Shown: positions 1 through 9,066 of the stretch, piece after piece
Numbering within the stretch: position 1 is the stretch's first letter
Layout: the number at the start of each line of letters is the position of its first letter
Assembly (NCBI GenBank): GCA_965226825.1
Contig: CBDDED010000003.1
Coordinates: forward strand, 2,985,240-3,049,239
DNA: 64,000 bases
Origin: Dehalococcoidia bacterium
Lineage (GTDB): Bacteria > Chloroflexota > Dehalococcoidia > Lucifugimonadales > UBA3495
Reading direction: 5' to 3'
The notes under the pieces: model-generated
What the model was told of the DNA's origin: nothing
Database searches by the model: none
Seen by the model: only the letters and a program-made list of their open reading frames with translations
Program-made: the position numbers and the translations under genes

Positions 1-497
1 CGGCTGCGCCGACCCCGCCAAGGCCACCGCGGCGGCGTTGATCATTATCTCCTTGGACCGCTCTGCCACTATTTCGGGCAGCGAGTCGTCGGAGCTGCGT
101 TCCCAGATATATTGAACTAAACGGCGGGTGAAAGCCTGAGCCACGAGAGCCCGTTCCTGTGAAGCGCATCTCGACCCCTTAGCAGGGTGGGCAACAGGGG
201 CCGCGGGGGATTTCCGGGAGCATACCGGAGCATTCTGGCTGCTGCAACTTCGGTACAGGGATCCTGAGTCCGGCGGGGCGAGAACGGGGGTGGCAAGTGG
301 GAATAGCAGTGGTTACCTGCGAGGCCGGCGCGGCGGCCAAATCGGGCGGAGCCATTTGGGTTTACTTTGGATTGCAAGTGTGTTTTAGTAAAATCTCGAC
401 CCACCGGCCCAGGCAATCTGAAACCGGGCAGTCGGGGACCCGGAAAATCGCTGGCAATAAAGCAATCACAGCCACACTGGCTGAGGAGTTTTCGAAC

Positions 498-1271
498 ATG
501 AGCTACGAGGTAATTGAAGTTGACAGGCAGGACCGTGTGGCCGTGGTGACCCTGAACCGGCCCGAGGTTCTCAACGCGTTGAGCTACCAGTTGGTCCGGG
601 AACTGGACGAGGCCGTCACCGAGATAGCGGAGGACGACGGTGTGGGAGCGATCGTTCTAACCGGCACGGGGGAGCGGGCATTTTCCGCCGGAGCCGACAT
701 CCACGAGAACCGGGAGCTTGGGGACGAGGAAAGGGACCGCATCACTACGGAGCGCGCGGACTTCACCTGGCGTTTGGCCGCGAGCCCTAAACCCATAATC
801 GGAGCCATCAACGGGCTGTGTTACGGCGGCGGGACCGTTATGGCCACCAGCCTGGACTTTCTGATTGGGTGTGAGCGCTCCAGTTTTCGGTTTCTGGCGG
901 TCAACTACGGTCAGATGAACGCCACCTGGAGCCTTCCCACCATGGTTGGTTGGCCCCGGGCCAAGGAACTGCTCTACAGCGGTCGCGAGGTTTTTGCGGA
1001 TGAGGCCTACCACATTGGCCTGCTGAACCACCTGGTGCCCTCCGAACAGTTGATGGATAAGGCGGTGGAGGCTGCCGCCGGGATTGCCAAGAACCGGGCA
1101 GAGGGCGTGGCCAACATCAAGCAAATACTAATGGAGCACACCGGGAATTCTCTGGAGGAACAATTCAGGGACGAAGTGGACGCTCGGGCCGGCCGGTTTC
1201 GAGGCCTCTCGGTGGAAGAGGGCTTCAAGGACTTCCTGGACCGGAAGGGTCGGAAACCCAGGGTTTCGTAA
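498..1271 (+). CDS. enoyl-CoA hydratase/isomerase (crotonase family)
   Basis: Internal ATG at 498 of ORF 297..1271 gives MSYEVIEVDRQDRVAVVTLNRPEVLNALS, a typical crotonase N-terminus, followed by FSAGADI and GLCYGGG motifs. Confidence 0.9.
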   Translation: MSYEVIEVDRQDRVAVVTLNRPEVLNALSYQLVRELDEAVTEIAEDDGVGAIVLTGTGERAFSAGADIHENRELGDEERDRITTERADFTWRLAASPKPIIGAINGLCYGGGTVMATSLDFLIGCERSSFRFLAVNYGQMNATWSLPTMVGWPRAKELLYSGREVFADEAYHIGLLNHLVPSEQLMDKAVEAAAGIAKNRAEGVANIKQILMEHTGNSLEEQFRDEVDARAGRFRGLSVEEGFKDFLDRKGRKPRVS

Positions 1272-1437
1272 GGCAACGGCGAATCCGGATGTGCGGTCGA
1301 AGCGCCGGGTTCGCTCCAAGCGGCTCGCTGCTATCAACCCACCTGGGTTGCCCCGAGGTGGTCGCCGGCGGTGAGCCACCAACCGCCACCGCCGGGCCGC
1401 GGCGGGGTTGAACCAGACGCCATCGCTCCGGACGGCT

Positions 1438-1463
1438 CTGTTGCATTAGCGGGGTAGCGTAAC
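1438..1463. repeat. Left terminal inverted repeat of GIY-YIG element
   Basis: CTGTTGCATTAGCGGGGTAGC (1438-1458) is the exact reverse complement of 2170-2190. GTAAC extends the match after a 3-nt indel. Confidence 0.85.
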
Positions 1464-1486
1464 CCCTAGCACACAAGGAGGATGCC

Positions 1487-2170
1487 ATGGCACTAAACCA
1501 CGAAGAGCGAAAGGCGACGGCGGACCAGTGGGCACAGCCTGAGTTCTATTACAGCTACATCCTCCGATTTGAGGACGGCGGCTTTTACGTTGGGTCTACC
1601 AACAACCCAGCGGCTCGCTTCACCGAACATGCGGTGGGCGTTGGGGCGGTCGCGACGGCAGGGCGGCGGTTCAAGGTGTGCTTGGTGCACCAGTTCGGCA
1701 CCCGCAAAGAGGCCGAGTACAACGAGAGTCGTATCCAGCGAGCCCTCGCTAGAGGACCTGTCAACGTCGAGGCGATGGTCGACAACTTTGGCCGGATCTC
1801 TTCGATGATACGGCCCGAGAAGACGCTACGAGAGCTTGAGGATGAAGATCGTGCCTTCCAGTTGGAGATGAGAAGCCACTACCACATGCTCCAGGGCAGG
1901 GCTGGTGGCTTCTGGAGCGTAGGCGTTTTTTCTCGGACCGCCTGCGGGTGGGAAATCCCGCCCAAAATCACACCGCATGGTGGGGTCATCTCTGCCGAGA
2001 GCGTCCACTATCCGGCGCATGGTACGGGTCAGTGGCCCACGTTCATCCAAACTGCTCGCGAAGAAGAAGCACTGAGAGCGGTCGGAGGCCGTCCTAAAGA
2101 AGTACCCGTCTGTCGTCGGTGTCTAGACAAGGTGCCCCAAGAACCTACGGAGGAATCCGTTGTTACGTAG
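1487..2170 (+). CDS. GIY-YIG domain nuclease (227 aa) with Cys-containing C-terminal region
   Basis: AAGGAGG at 1475-1481, 5 nt before the ATG. N-terminus YYSYILRFEDGGFYVGSTNNPAARFTEH fits the GIY..YIG..R..H pattern. C-terminal ..TACGW...VCRRC.. could be a zinc-binding DNA-binding part. The stop codon lies inside the right TIR. Confidence 0.8.
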   Translation: MALNHEERKATADQWAQPEFYYSYILRFEDGGFYVGSTNNPAARFTEHAVGVGAVATAGRRFKVCLVHQFGTRKEAEYNESRIQRALARGPVNVEAMVDNFGRISSMIRPEKTLRELEDEDRAFQLEMRSHYHMLQGRAGGFWSVGVFSRTACGWEIPPKITPHGGVISAESVHYPAHGTGQWPTFIQTAREEEALRAVGGRPKEVPVCRRCLDKVPQEPTEESVVT

Positions 2171-2190
2171 CTACCCCGCTAATGCAACAG
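2163..2190. repeat. Right terminal inverted repeat of GIY-YIG element
   Basis: GTTACGTAGCTACCCCGCTAATGCAACAG; the inner 21 bp are the reverse complement of 1438-1458. Confidence 0.85.
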
Positions 2191-2623
2191 AACCCTCCCG
2201 ACGGCTCGGAGATACGCTTGCTCATCGACGACCGCCACGGCGCAACACGCGGTAGCTTGGTGGAGGTCACGCTGCCGGCGGGCCAGGTTTCTCGCCCCGT
2301 ATTGCGCCGGACCGTCGAGGAAGTCCGATATGTCCTGGAAGGCCGGGGCCAGGTCTGGCGCTGTCCGGCTGGCGCCCCCGCTGAATCTGCGCCGCCGGTG
2401 GATGTATCCCCCGGTGACGCTGTAAGCATCCCCACAGGGTGGCGATTCCAGTTCAGTTCCGCCCACCAAGCTGGGCAAAATCAAGAACCTTCGTGATCAG
2501 GTTCACCCTGGCAGCGTAGCCCCTCCTCGGGGGCAAGTCTGCTAATCTTTGCCGGACGCTCCTGCGAGTAGCGCCGGGGAGTGCGACTCCCCGCTCCCAA
2601 GTGTAGGTGAAGAGGGTAAGGCA

Positions 2624-3352
2624 ATGTCACCGAGCGTGGTTACGTGGAATGTCCAATGGGCTACGCCCGCCTCACGCCGGACCCCTGAGATCCTGAGCCG
2701 TATCGATCGACATGCCCCCGGCGTCGTATGTCTCACCGAGACGAACGACCAACTGCTGTCTCAAAATGGGCACACTATCTGCTCCCGGGCCGACTACGGG
2801 TACACAATCAAGGAAGGTCGGCGGAAGGTTACGCTCTGGTCGAGGGAACCTTGGGAGCAAGTCGATGATGTGGGAATCGATTCTATGCCGCCCGGACGGT
2901 TTGTGTCCGGAGTCACCCAGACATCCGTGGGCGAAGTTGCAGTCATAGGAGTCTGTATTCCCTGGTTCGGGTCACGGACTGAGGCTAAACGAAAGTTGGA
3001 ACGCAAGATGCAGTGGGAAGACCATGAACAGTATCTGGCCAGCCTCGCTGAAGTTCCAGGACTGGGTTCTGCAAAGCGTCTGATATTGATGGGGGACTTC
3101 AATCAGATTGTCGGACCCGGCAGCCGCGCTCGCCCTGAACTTCGGTTGGCGCTTCAAGGAGCCTTTCCGCCAAGCATGACAATTGCCACATCGGGTCTTG
3201 CCTTCCTGGGACGCGGAAGCATTGACCACATTGCACTGAGTGAGGATTTGGTAGTCGAGTCCCTGGATGTAATCGGCAACATCCACGACGGGAGGAAGCT
3301 GTCAGACCATTTTGGAGTGGTTGCCGGCGTGTCTGCCCGACAGTTACGATAG
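2624..3352 (+). CDS. endonuclease/exonuclease/phosphatase (EEP) family protein
   Basis: MSPSVVTWNVQW.., ..VVCLTETN.., ..LMGDFNQ.., ..GSIDHI.., ..LSDHFGV match the ordered EEP catalytic motifs. The internal ATG at 2624 is preferred over the ORF-track start at 2549. Confidence 0.8.
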   Translation: MSPSVVTWNVQWATPASRRTPEILSRIDRHAPGVVCLTETNDQLLSQNGHTICSRADYGYTIKEGRRKVTLWSREPWEQVDDVGIDSMPPGRFVSGVTQTSVGEVAVIGVCIPWFGSRTEAKRKLERKMQWEDHEQYLASLAEVPGLGSAKRLILMGDFNQIVGPGSRARPELRLALQGAFPPSMTIATSGLAFLGRGSIDHIALSEDLVVESLDVIGNIHDGRKLSDHFGVVAGVSARQLR

Positions 3353-3380
3353 CGTATATTTGCCAAACAGGCGCCTTGCG

Positions 3381-3574
3381 GCCGGGATAGCCAAGAACCG
3401 GGCCGAGGGCATGGCCAACATCAAGCAGATATTGATCGAACACACCGGGAATTCGCTGGAGAACAATTCAGGGATGAAGTCGAAGCCCTGGCCGGGAGGT
3501 TTCGAGGCATGTCGGTGGAAGAGGGCTTCAAGGATTTCCTGGACCGGAAGGGTCGGAAACCCCGGGTTTAGTAA
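3381..3574 (+). pseudogene. crotonase gene 3' fragment (duplicate of 1078..1271), frameshifted
   Basis: AAGIAKNRAEGMANIKQILIEHTGNSLE matches the C-terminus of 498..1271. It then loses frame through a small deletion; there is no 5' part. Confidence 0.8.
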
Positions 3575-3998
3575 GGCAATCGCGAATCCAGACGTGAGGT
3601 CGAAGCGGCGGGTTCGCTCCGTGGGGGTCGCGGCTATCATCCCGCCCGGATATCCCCGAGGAGTAAGCTAGTGGTGAGCCATCAACCGCCACCGCCGGGC
3701 CGCCGCGGGGTTGAACCCGACGCTATCGCTCCGGACGGCTCGAAGATACGTTTGCTCATCGACGATCGCCACGGCGCTACCCGCGGCAGCCTGGTGGAGG
3801 TCACTCTGCCGGCGGGCCAGGTCTCCCGCCCGGTGTGGCACCGGACAGTCGAGGAAGTCTGGTATGTGCTGGAAGGCCGGGGCAAGGTCTGGCGCTGTGC
3901 GGCCGGCGCCCCCGCTGAATCTGTGCCTCCGGTGGACGTGTCTCCGGGCGACGCTGTAAGCATCCCCACAGGGTGGCGGTTCCAGTTCAGTTCCGCCC
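3381..3998. repeat. Segmental duplication, copy B
   Basis: Colinear with copy A (1078..1438 + 2208..2464). Contains a decayed crotonase 3' fragment and the 5' part of the intact cupin gene. Confidence 0.85.
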
Positions 3999-4102
3999 CC
4001 GAAACTCCCCTCCGGTTCCTCTGCTTCACCACCCCACCCTGGCCCGGCGCTCACGAAGCCGTGCCATCGGAGGAAGGTGGTCTGGGCCAGCCAACGGTTT
4101 AA
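3671..4102 (+). CDS. cupin domain protein (143 aa)
   Basis: Intact ORF with GTG start. GSLVEVTLPAG...HRTVEEVWYVLEGRG...GDAVSIPTGWRFQF resembles the two-motif cupin beta-barrel pattern. Confidence 0.7.
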   Translation: MVSHQPPPPGRRGVEPDAIAPDGSKIRLLIDDRHGATRGSLVEVTLPAGQVSRPVWHRTVEEVWYVLEGRGKVWRCAAGAPAESVPPVDVSPGDAVSIPTGWRFQFSSAPETPLRFLCFTTPPWPGAHEAVPSEEGGLGQPTV

Positions 4103-4174
4103 TTGGGCCCGGCTTAATGAGGCTCGGCGGGCCGCTCGGAAAATGCAACTGCCCGCTGAAGCCGGATTCGGCGA

Positions 4175-5560
4175 TCAGTCATTGTCAAACTCTTCGGGCA
4201 TCAGGACAAATTCGGGGTAGGATTCAATGCCCAATTCCGCGGCGTCCTGACCCAACTCTTCTACCTGCCGCGACACCCTGGCGCCCATCGTCAGGGCCAT
4301 TACTTTCCACAGCACCCACGAGGTCCCGAACACGAAAACTCCAACGGCTGCCACCCCGGCTAGCTGCGCTAGAATGTTGCCGCCGGCGGCGATACAAACA
4401 GCCAGGGTGCCCCAAATGCCAGCGAACAGGTGGGCTGGCACCGCTCCTACTACATCGTCCAGCTTGACAATCTCCAGGAGCTTGATGGCGCAGGTGCACA
4501 GGACCCCACCAATGGCGCCGATGACGACCGCCCAATAGTGGTCGACGAAATCCGGGCCGGCCGTAATCGATACCAGCCCGGCGAGCGCGCCATTCAGGCA
4601 GGCAAACAGGTCGATGCGCCCAAGGACTGGGCGTGCGATCAACAGGGCAGCGATGGACCCGGCGGCGGCGGCCAGGTTGGTGTTGACCAGGACGATGCTC
4701 ATAGCCACCGCATCGGAGGCGCTGCCCAGCGCCAACTGTGATCCGCCGTTGAAGCCGAACCAGCCGAACCACAGGATAAAAACGCCCAATGTCACCAATA
4801 CGACATTGGAGGGTGGGGTAGCCCGGACCGCGCCGTCACGGCGGAATTTGCCGAGCCTTGGCCCGACTACCACCATACCGGCAAGGGCTGCCCAGCCTCC
4901 GGTGCTGTGCACGATAGTTGAACCGGCGAAGTCCTGGAATCCCAACTGGTCCAGCCACCCTCCGCCCCAGGTCCATGCGCCGACGATGGGATAGATGGCG
5001 GCGGTGAGGAACAGCGTGAATAGGAAAAATGCCCACAGCTTCACGCGTTCCGCCAGGGCCCCCGACACTATGGACGCCGCGGTGGCCACAAAAACCATCT
5101 GGAAAAACCAGTCCGACATAACGGAGTGGCCGGCGTCAACCACGGTCTGGAGCGCGCCCTCATCTCCGGCCAATAAGGCTATCTCGTCGGCGGACGGTCC
5201 GTAGAGGAAGTGAAATGACCCGATGACATACTGGACATCGACGTACATCAGGTTGTAGCCGATAAAGAAGTAGGCCAGGCCGGCGATGGAGTAGAGACCG
5301 ATGTTCTTGAGGCAGATCATGGAGGCGTTTTTGGTGCGGACGGAGCCAGCCTCGAGCATAGTGAACCCGGCGCACATCCACATGACCATCGCTCCCCAGA
5401 TCAGGAACGAGAAGGTGTTGATGATGAACTGCGTCTCATCGCTAACGCCGGCCGCATGAGCAACCGACGGCCACCCAAAGAGGAAACCCAGGGATAGGAG
5501 CACTGCTACCGCCAGGAAGGCAACCCGAAAGTGTTGAGGAATGACTTTTAAAATCATCAT
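4175..5560 (-). CDS. amt: ammonium transporter (Amt family)
   Basis: 461 aa, multi-TM, with a signal-like N-terminus. Contains Amt motifs such as AGFTMLEAGSVRTKN and VHSTGGWAALAG. Confidence 0.92.
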   Translation of the reverse strand: MMILKVIPQHFRVAFLAVAVLLSLGFLFGWPSVAHAAGVSDETQFIINTFSFLIWGAMVMWMCAGFTMLEAGSVRTKNASMICLKNIGLYSIAGLAYFFIGYNLMYVDVQYVIGSFHFLYGPSADEIALLAGDEGALQTVVDAGHSVMSDWFFQMVFVATAASIVSGALAERVKLWAFFLFTLFLTAAIYPIVGAWTWGGGWLDQLGFQDFAGSTIVHSTGGWAALAGMVVVGPRLGKFRRDGAVRATPPSNVVLVTLGVFILWFGWFGFNGGSQLALGSASDAVAMSIVLVNTNLAAAAGSIAALLIARPVLGRIDLFACLNGALAGLVSITAGPDFVDHYWAVVIGAIGGVLCTCAIKLLEIVKLDDVVGAVPAHLFAGIWGTLAVCIAAGGNILAQLAGVAAVGVFVFGTSWVLWKVMALTMGARVSRQVEELGQDAAELGIESYPEFVLMPEEFDND

Positions 5561-5815
5561 CCGTACCCGAAGGTCTGCATTGCGAATGACCGGCGTTAGC
5601 TTACCAAAAATTTAGCGTTTTGGGCCTCTTGCGCCGCCGGTATCTGCGGTTCACCAGATGGGGGTTCGAGCCTACGCAGCAGGTATGTGGAGGTAGCCAG
5701 GGCAGCTCAGCAGTTGCTCGGGGCAATATCACCCGTGTCCGGCGTTGGATTTTGAGCGGGAGACGACGCGCGGCTCGGCCTTGGTGGGCCCAGCTTCTAT
5801 GCTGAGTGTCCGGGC

Positions 5816-7084
5816 TCAGGGAATAAAAAGGTAGACGACGGGTAGGCTGGCAACATCGGTGACGCTGGAATTGGTATGGTGCGATACGTGAACGTGCCCG
5901 GTGCCGCAGTCGCCACAGGAGATGGCCCCAATGATGCCGCTGAAATCGCTGGTGGCGGTGAGGGCGTCCCGGAGCTTGGCGCGGTCGATGAATAAAGTAT
6001 TCCCATCGGCAACGGGCACGTCGTCTACCGCCCGGAGGAGAATAGTGGCGGCGTCATAGGCGTGAGCCAGGTAGGCGGATGTTGGCGCCCCACCGTACTT
6101 CTCGCGATAGTCGCCGAAGAGTTCTTCGCCGCTCTTGCCGGTCGCCTCGTTGTTGTTGCCGGTGAAATGGGATTCCGGGCCTGGGAAGTAAACGCCGTCC
6201 GACTCCGGAAGGGAGAGGAAATTGGAGACCAGCAGGGCCGAGCCGCCGATCAGCGTCACTCCTTCGAGCCCCGAGGTTTGGTCGATTTGGCGGACTATAT
6301 GTGCGCCCTCGGCGGGGAAAAGCGGGGAAAAGCGGGGGAAAAAGCCCGTCGGGCGAGCCGGCGGCAATTTAGGTCAGGACGGGGAGCATGTCCGGGTCGC
6401 CTCTGTTGGTGGCGACAGTGGCGACGGAGCCGCCAAGCTCCTCGAAGGAGGCAGTGAAAGCGCCGGTGAGGCCGGATGTGTACGGGTCACCATCGTGAAT
6501 AGCAGCCATGGTGCGCAGACGGCGTTCGTTGTAAGCAAAGATGGCTACCGCCCGTGCTTGGTAGAGATCATTGTGGGCAGTCCGGTAGTAGCCGGGATGG
6601 TAGTTGGACCCCGCGGCGCCGTTGAGGTCGGAAGTAAGCGAAGGGGACGTGGTGGAGGGAGCGACCATCACGAGGCCGGCCTTGCTGAGCATCGGCGAAG
6701 CGGCGGCGGCAGCGACTGAGCATGAAGCGCCAATGACGCCGACGACTCGGGGGCCGCTGGGCACAGAATTGGCCGCGGCGCGGCCTCCCTCTCCGGTTCA
6801 GAGACAGTCGAGGCCTGCGCCCATCGAGACATTGTGCCCTTGTTAGGCCATAGTCCGCCAACGCGAGCATGACACCCCGCTGACTGGGAACGCCCAGATC
6901 CCCGATACCCGACAGCACCGCCATACAACGAATCTGTATATCATCGCCGGGAGCCACTTCCACGGCGCCAAGGGGGCCCGCTTCGAATTTCTCCGTGCCG
7001 CAGGAAACCCAGGCAAGCGCCACGAGAGAAAGCAGGCCAAGAAGGAAAATGGGCTTGAAACCGGGGCTGTGGAACCTTCGGATA
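5816..7084 (-). pseudogene. ABC-type (LivK-like, branched-chain amino acid type) periplasmic substrate-binding lipoprotein gene, multiply disrupted
   Basis: Recognisable pieces lie in three frames: signal/lipobox ..LLSLVALAWVSCG; ..PRVVGVIGASCS..; ..GLEGVTLIGGSALL..AYLAHAYDAATILL. In-frame TGA and TAA codons and at least 2 frameshifts are present. Confidence 0.75.
6312..6343. repeat. Tandem decamer GCGGGGAAAA x3 (imperfect) inside the SBP pseudogene
   Basis: Directly visible. It coincides with one of the frame changes of the pseudogene. Confidence 0.8.
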
Positions 7085-7147
7085 TTTTAAAATCCCCGGT
7101 CCGTGGCGCTCCGGTCGTGGCACTCCTGTCGTGGGAGGCCAACAGCC

Positions 7148-7391
7148 GGGTCTTTCGATGATAATCGAATCCCCCGTGGCTCTTGCCGCAACGGGAATCT
7201 GGAGCCCATTTTGACTCCTACCCCGTCATTCTCGCCGCAGCGGGAATCCAGAGCCCTTTTCCCTATCCAACCTGGGGCGTGTCTGAAGGAATGTTCCAAG
7301 TGGGACGTCGACCTGTCCATCCGGCGCGTCTTAGTTGGCATAACAGTCTTGTCACATAATCAGGGTTCTGGATTCCCGCTGCGGCGAGAAT
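7148..7391. repeat. ~269-bp nested-TIR MITE-like element (three REP units), left part up to the IS110 insertion point
   Basis: Together with 8841-8864 it is the reverse complement of 59615-59883 along its whole length (about 85-90% by eye). Confidence 0.8.
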
Positions 7392-7612
7392 TGCCATGGC
7401 CTTGTCCAGGCCACACATGAGGATGAAAATGGGGTGGCGTCGGCTGGCAGAGTAGGCGGTTGTCATTGGCGCCTTGAGCCCGTGCGAGAATTTGCCTCGG
7501 TGACCTGTAGGCACCCATGATTGTAGCCCCGCTTTGGCGGTGAGCACGAATAGTAACGTCTTGAATTTTAAGGTCGCCCGCCGGCTGGCAGCATTCGAAT
7601 TGGAGCTTGGAG
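7392..7612 (+). ncRNA. Candidate IS110 bridge (guide) RNA region in the 5' non-coding end
   Basis: 221 bp between the IS left end and the recombinase ATG. It contains GCGAGAAT (7484-7491), identical to the 8 nt of target immediately left of the insertion point (7384-7391). No structure model was run. Confidence 0.3.
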
Positions 7613-8822
7613 ATGGACAGCATCATAGAGAGGTGTTGCGGGCTGGACGTGCACAAGAAGTCGGTGGTGGCTTGCGCCGTCACCCCCGAGGGCCAGGAAG
7701 TCCGCACTTTCCGCACCATGACCAAAGACCTTCTGGAATTGTCCGACTGGCCAAGGACCACCGGGTGACCCACGCGGCCATGGAGAGCACCGGGGTCTAC
7801 TGGAAGCCGGTCTACAATCTGTTGGAGGCGGACTTCACCGTCTGGGTGGTCAACGCACACCACATGAAGGCGGTGCCGGGGCGCAAGACCGACGTGAAGG
7901 ATGCCGAGTGGATCGCCGATCTGCTGCGACATGGTCTGTTGCGGCCCAGCTTCATCCCGGACCGACCCCAGAGCGGGAACTGCGGGAACTGACCCGCTAC
8001 CGGCGGAGTCTGATCCAGGAGCGCACCCGGGCGGCGAACCGGATTCAACAGGTGCTGGAGGGGGCTAACATCAAGCTGGGATCGGTGGCCTCCAACGTGC
8101 TGGGGGTATCGGGACGGGCCATGCTGGCATCGCTGGCGCAGGGGGAGGAAGACCCCAAGGCATTGGCCGACCTGGCCCAGGGGAAGCTCCGGGATAAGAT
8201 TGGCGAACTGGAGGAGGCGCTGCGGGGCGTAATGGGCCCGCATCAACGCTTCATGTTGAGCCGCCTGCTGCGCCACTTCAGTTTCCTGGACGAGGAAATC
8301 GATGCTCTGAGCGAGGAGGTGGCCCAGCGGGTGGACCCTTTTGAGGAGATAGTGGCGGCGGTGGACGCCATTCCGGGGGTGGGGCGGCGCACCGCCGAGG
8401 TCATCGTGGCGGAGATGGGCACGGACATGAGCCGGTTTCCCAGTGCGGGCCACCTGGCTTCCTGGGCCGGGGTGTGTCCGGGGAACAACCGGAGCGCGGA
8501 GAAGCATAAGCGGGCCCCCACGACAAAGGGCAACAACTGGCTGAAGCCGGCCTTGGTGGAGGCGGCCAAGGCGGCGGGACGGACCAAGACCTATCTGGGG
8601 GCCCAGTACCAGCGCCTCGCCCGGCGCATCGGGGCCAACCGGGCGGCCATGGCAGTAGCCCACTCCATCGCCGTCATCCTCTACCAGGTCATCAAGACCG
8701 GAAAGCCCTTCTTAGACCTGGGCCAACAGTACTTCGAACAACGCCAAGGCGCCGCCGCCACCCGCCGGTATGTCCGCCAACTCGAACGCCTCGGCCACCA
8801 AGTCACACTACAACCAGCCTGA
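7613..8822 (+). pseudogene. IS110-family DEDD recombinase/transposase gene with two frameshifts
   Basis: MDSIIERCCGLDVHKKSVVAC.. (frame 1) shifts near 7750 to ..THAAMESTGVYWKPVYNLLE.., and again near 7965 to ..ELRELTRYRRSLIQERTRAANRIQ.. and the C-terminal ..IPGVGRRTAEVIVAEMG.. domain. Confidence 0.85.
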
Positions 8823-8840
8823 ACACGCTATTTTCATAGT

Positions 8841-8864
8841 AATGACGGGGGACAATCGAAAGAC
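8841..8864. repeat. Right remainder of the REP/MITE interrupted by IS110
   Basis: AATGACGGGGGACAATCGAAAGAC completes the unit begun at 7361-7391. Confidence 0.75.
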
Positions 8865-9066
8865 ACTAAGGCCAACAGCCGGGACCATCGCCTCCACACA
8901 CCGGAGGACTCTTCGAAGCTAACTACATCAGAAGGTTGGCCCTCTGTAAGAATGACGGAACGCGTGCGCGGTTGGGCATCTGGCGACCTGCCGTAATATT
9001 CGATTCAGAATTCGCCCGACGCATTGGAATGGGGTTGCCCCGTTGCCCGCGTTACCCTTCAAATTG

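Larger units (their letters stand above)
1438..2194 (+). mobile_element. Compact TIR-bounded element encoding a single GIY-YIG nuclease
   Basis: Absent from the paralogous uninterrupted cupin copy B. 21-bp perfect terminal inverted repeats. The flanking target is repeated: CTCCGGACGGCTC at 1426-1438 and CTCCCGACGGCTC at 2195-2207. Confidence 0.75.
1078..2464. repeat. Segmental duplication, copy A (3' end of crotonase gene + intergenic + 5' part of cupin gene), itself interrupted by the GIY-YIG element
   Basis: After removing 1439..2207 this aligns colinearly with 3381..3998 (618 bp each, roughly 85-90% identity by eye, small indels). Confidence 0.85.
1371..2464 (+). pseudogene. cupin-domain protein gene, copy A: interrupted by insertion and 3'-truncated
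   Basis: GTG 1371 ..VSHQPPPPGRGGVEPDAIAPDGS stops at 1438 and resumes at 2195 (PDGSEIRLLIDDRHGATRGSLVEVTLPAGQ..). Homology to the intact paralog 3671..4102 ends at 2464. Confidence 0.8.
7392..8840 (+). mobile_element. IS110-family insertion sequence (1449 bp) inserted in a REP unit
   Basis: The REP consensus ..GGCGAGAAT|GACGGGGG.. is split at 7391/8841, with AAT present at both junctions. The element has no terminal inverted repeats, a long 5' non-coding end and an 18-bp 3' end, as usual for IS110. Confidence 0.8.

Noticed and set aside
1-300. Partial gene at the left edge: either a plus-strand C-terminus (..DPAKATAAALIIISLDRSATISGSESSELRSQIY*, ending at 116) or a minus-strand N-terminus (..LVQYIWERSSDDSLPEIVAERSKEIMINAAAVALAGSAQP.. 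running off the window)
   Set aside because: Both frames are open with similar GC3, and neither shows a motif I can recognise. The strand cannot be decided from about 120 bp.
5640-5700. tRNA-like T-arm sequence (GGGGGTTCGAGCC)
   Set aside because: The flanking sequence cannot form the T-stem, acceptor stem or anticodon arm. No cloverleaf is possible.
7138-8883. 14-bp direct repeat GGCCAACAGCCGGG (7138-7151 and 8870-8883) as a target duplication of the MITE+IS110 composite
   Set aside because: The spacing to the element ends differs (0 versus 5 nt), 14 bp is atypically long, and the other MITE copy at 59.6 kb has no such flank. It is probably coincidental or part of local sequence.
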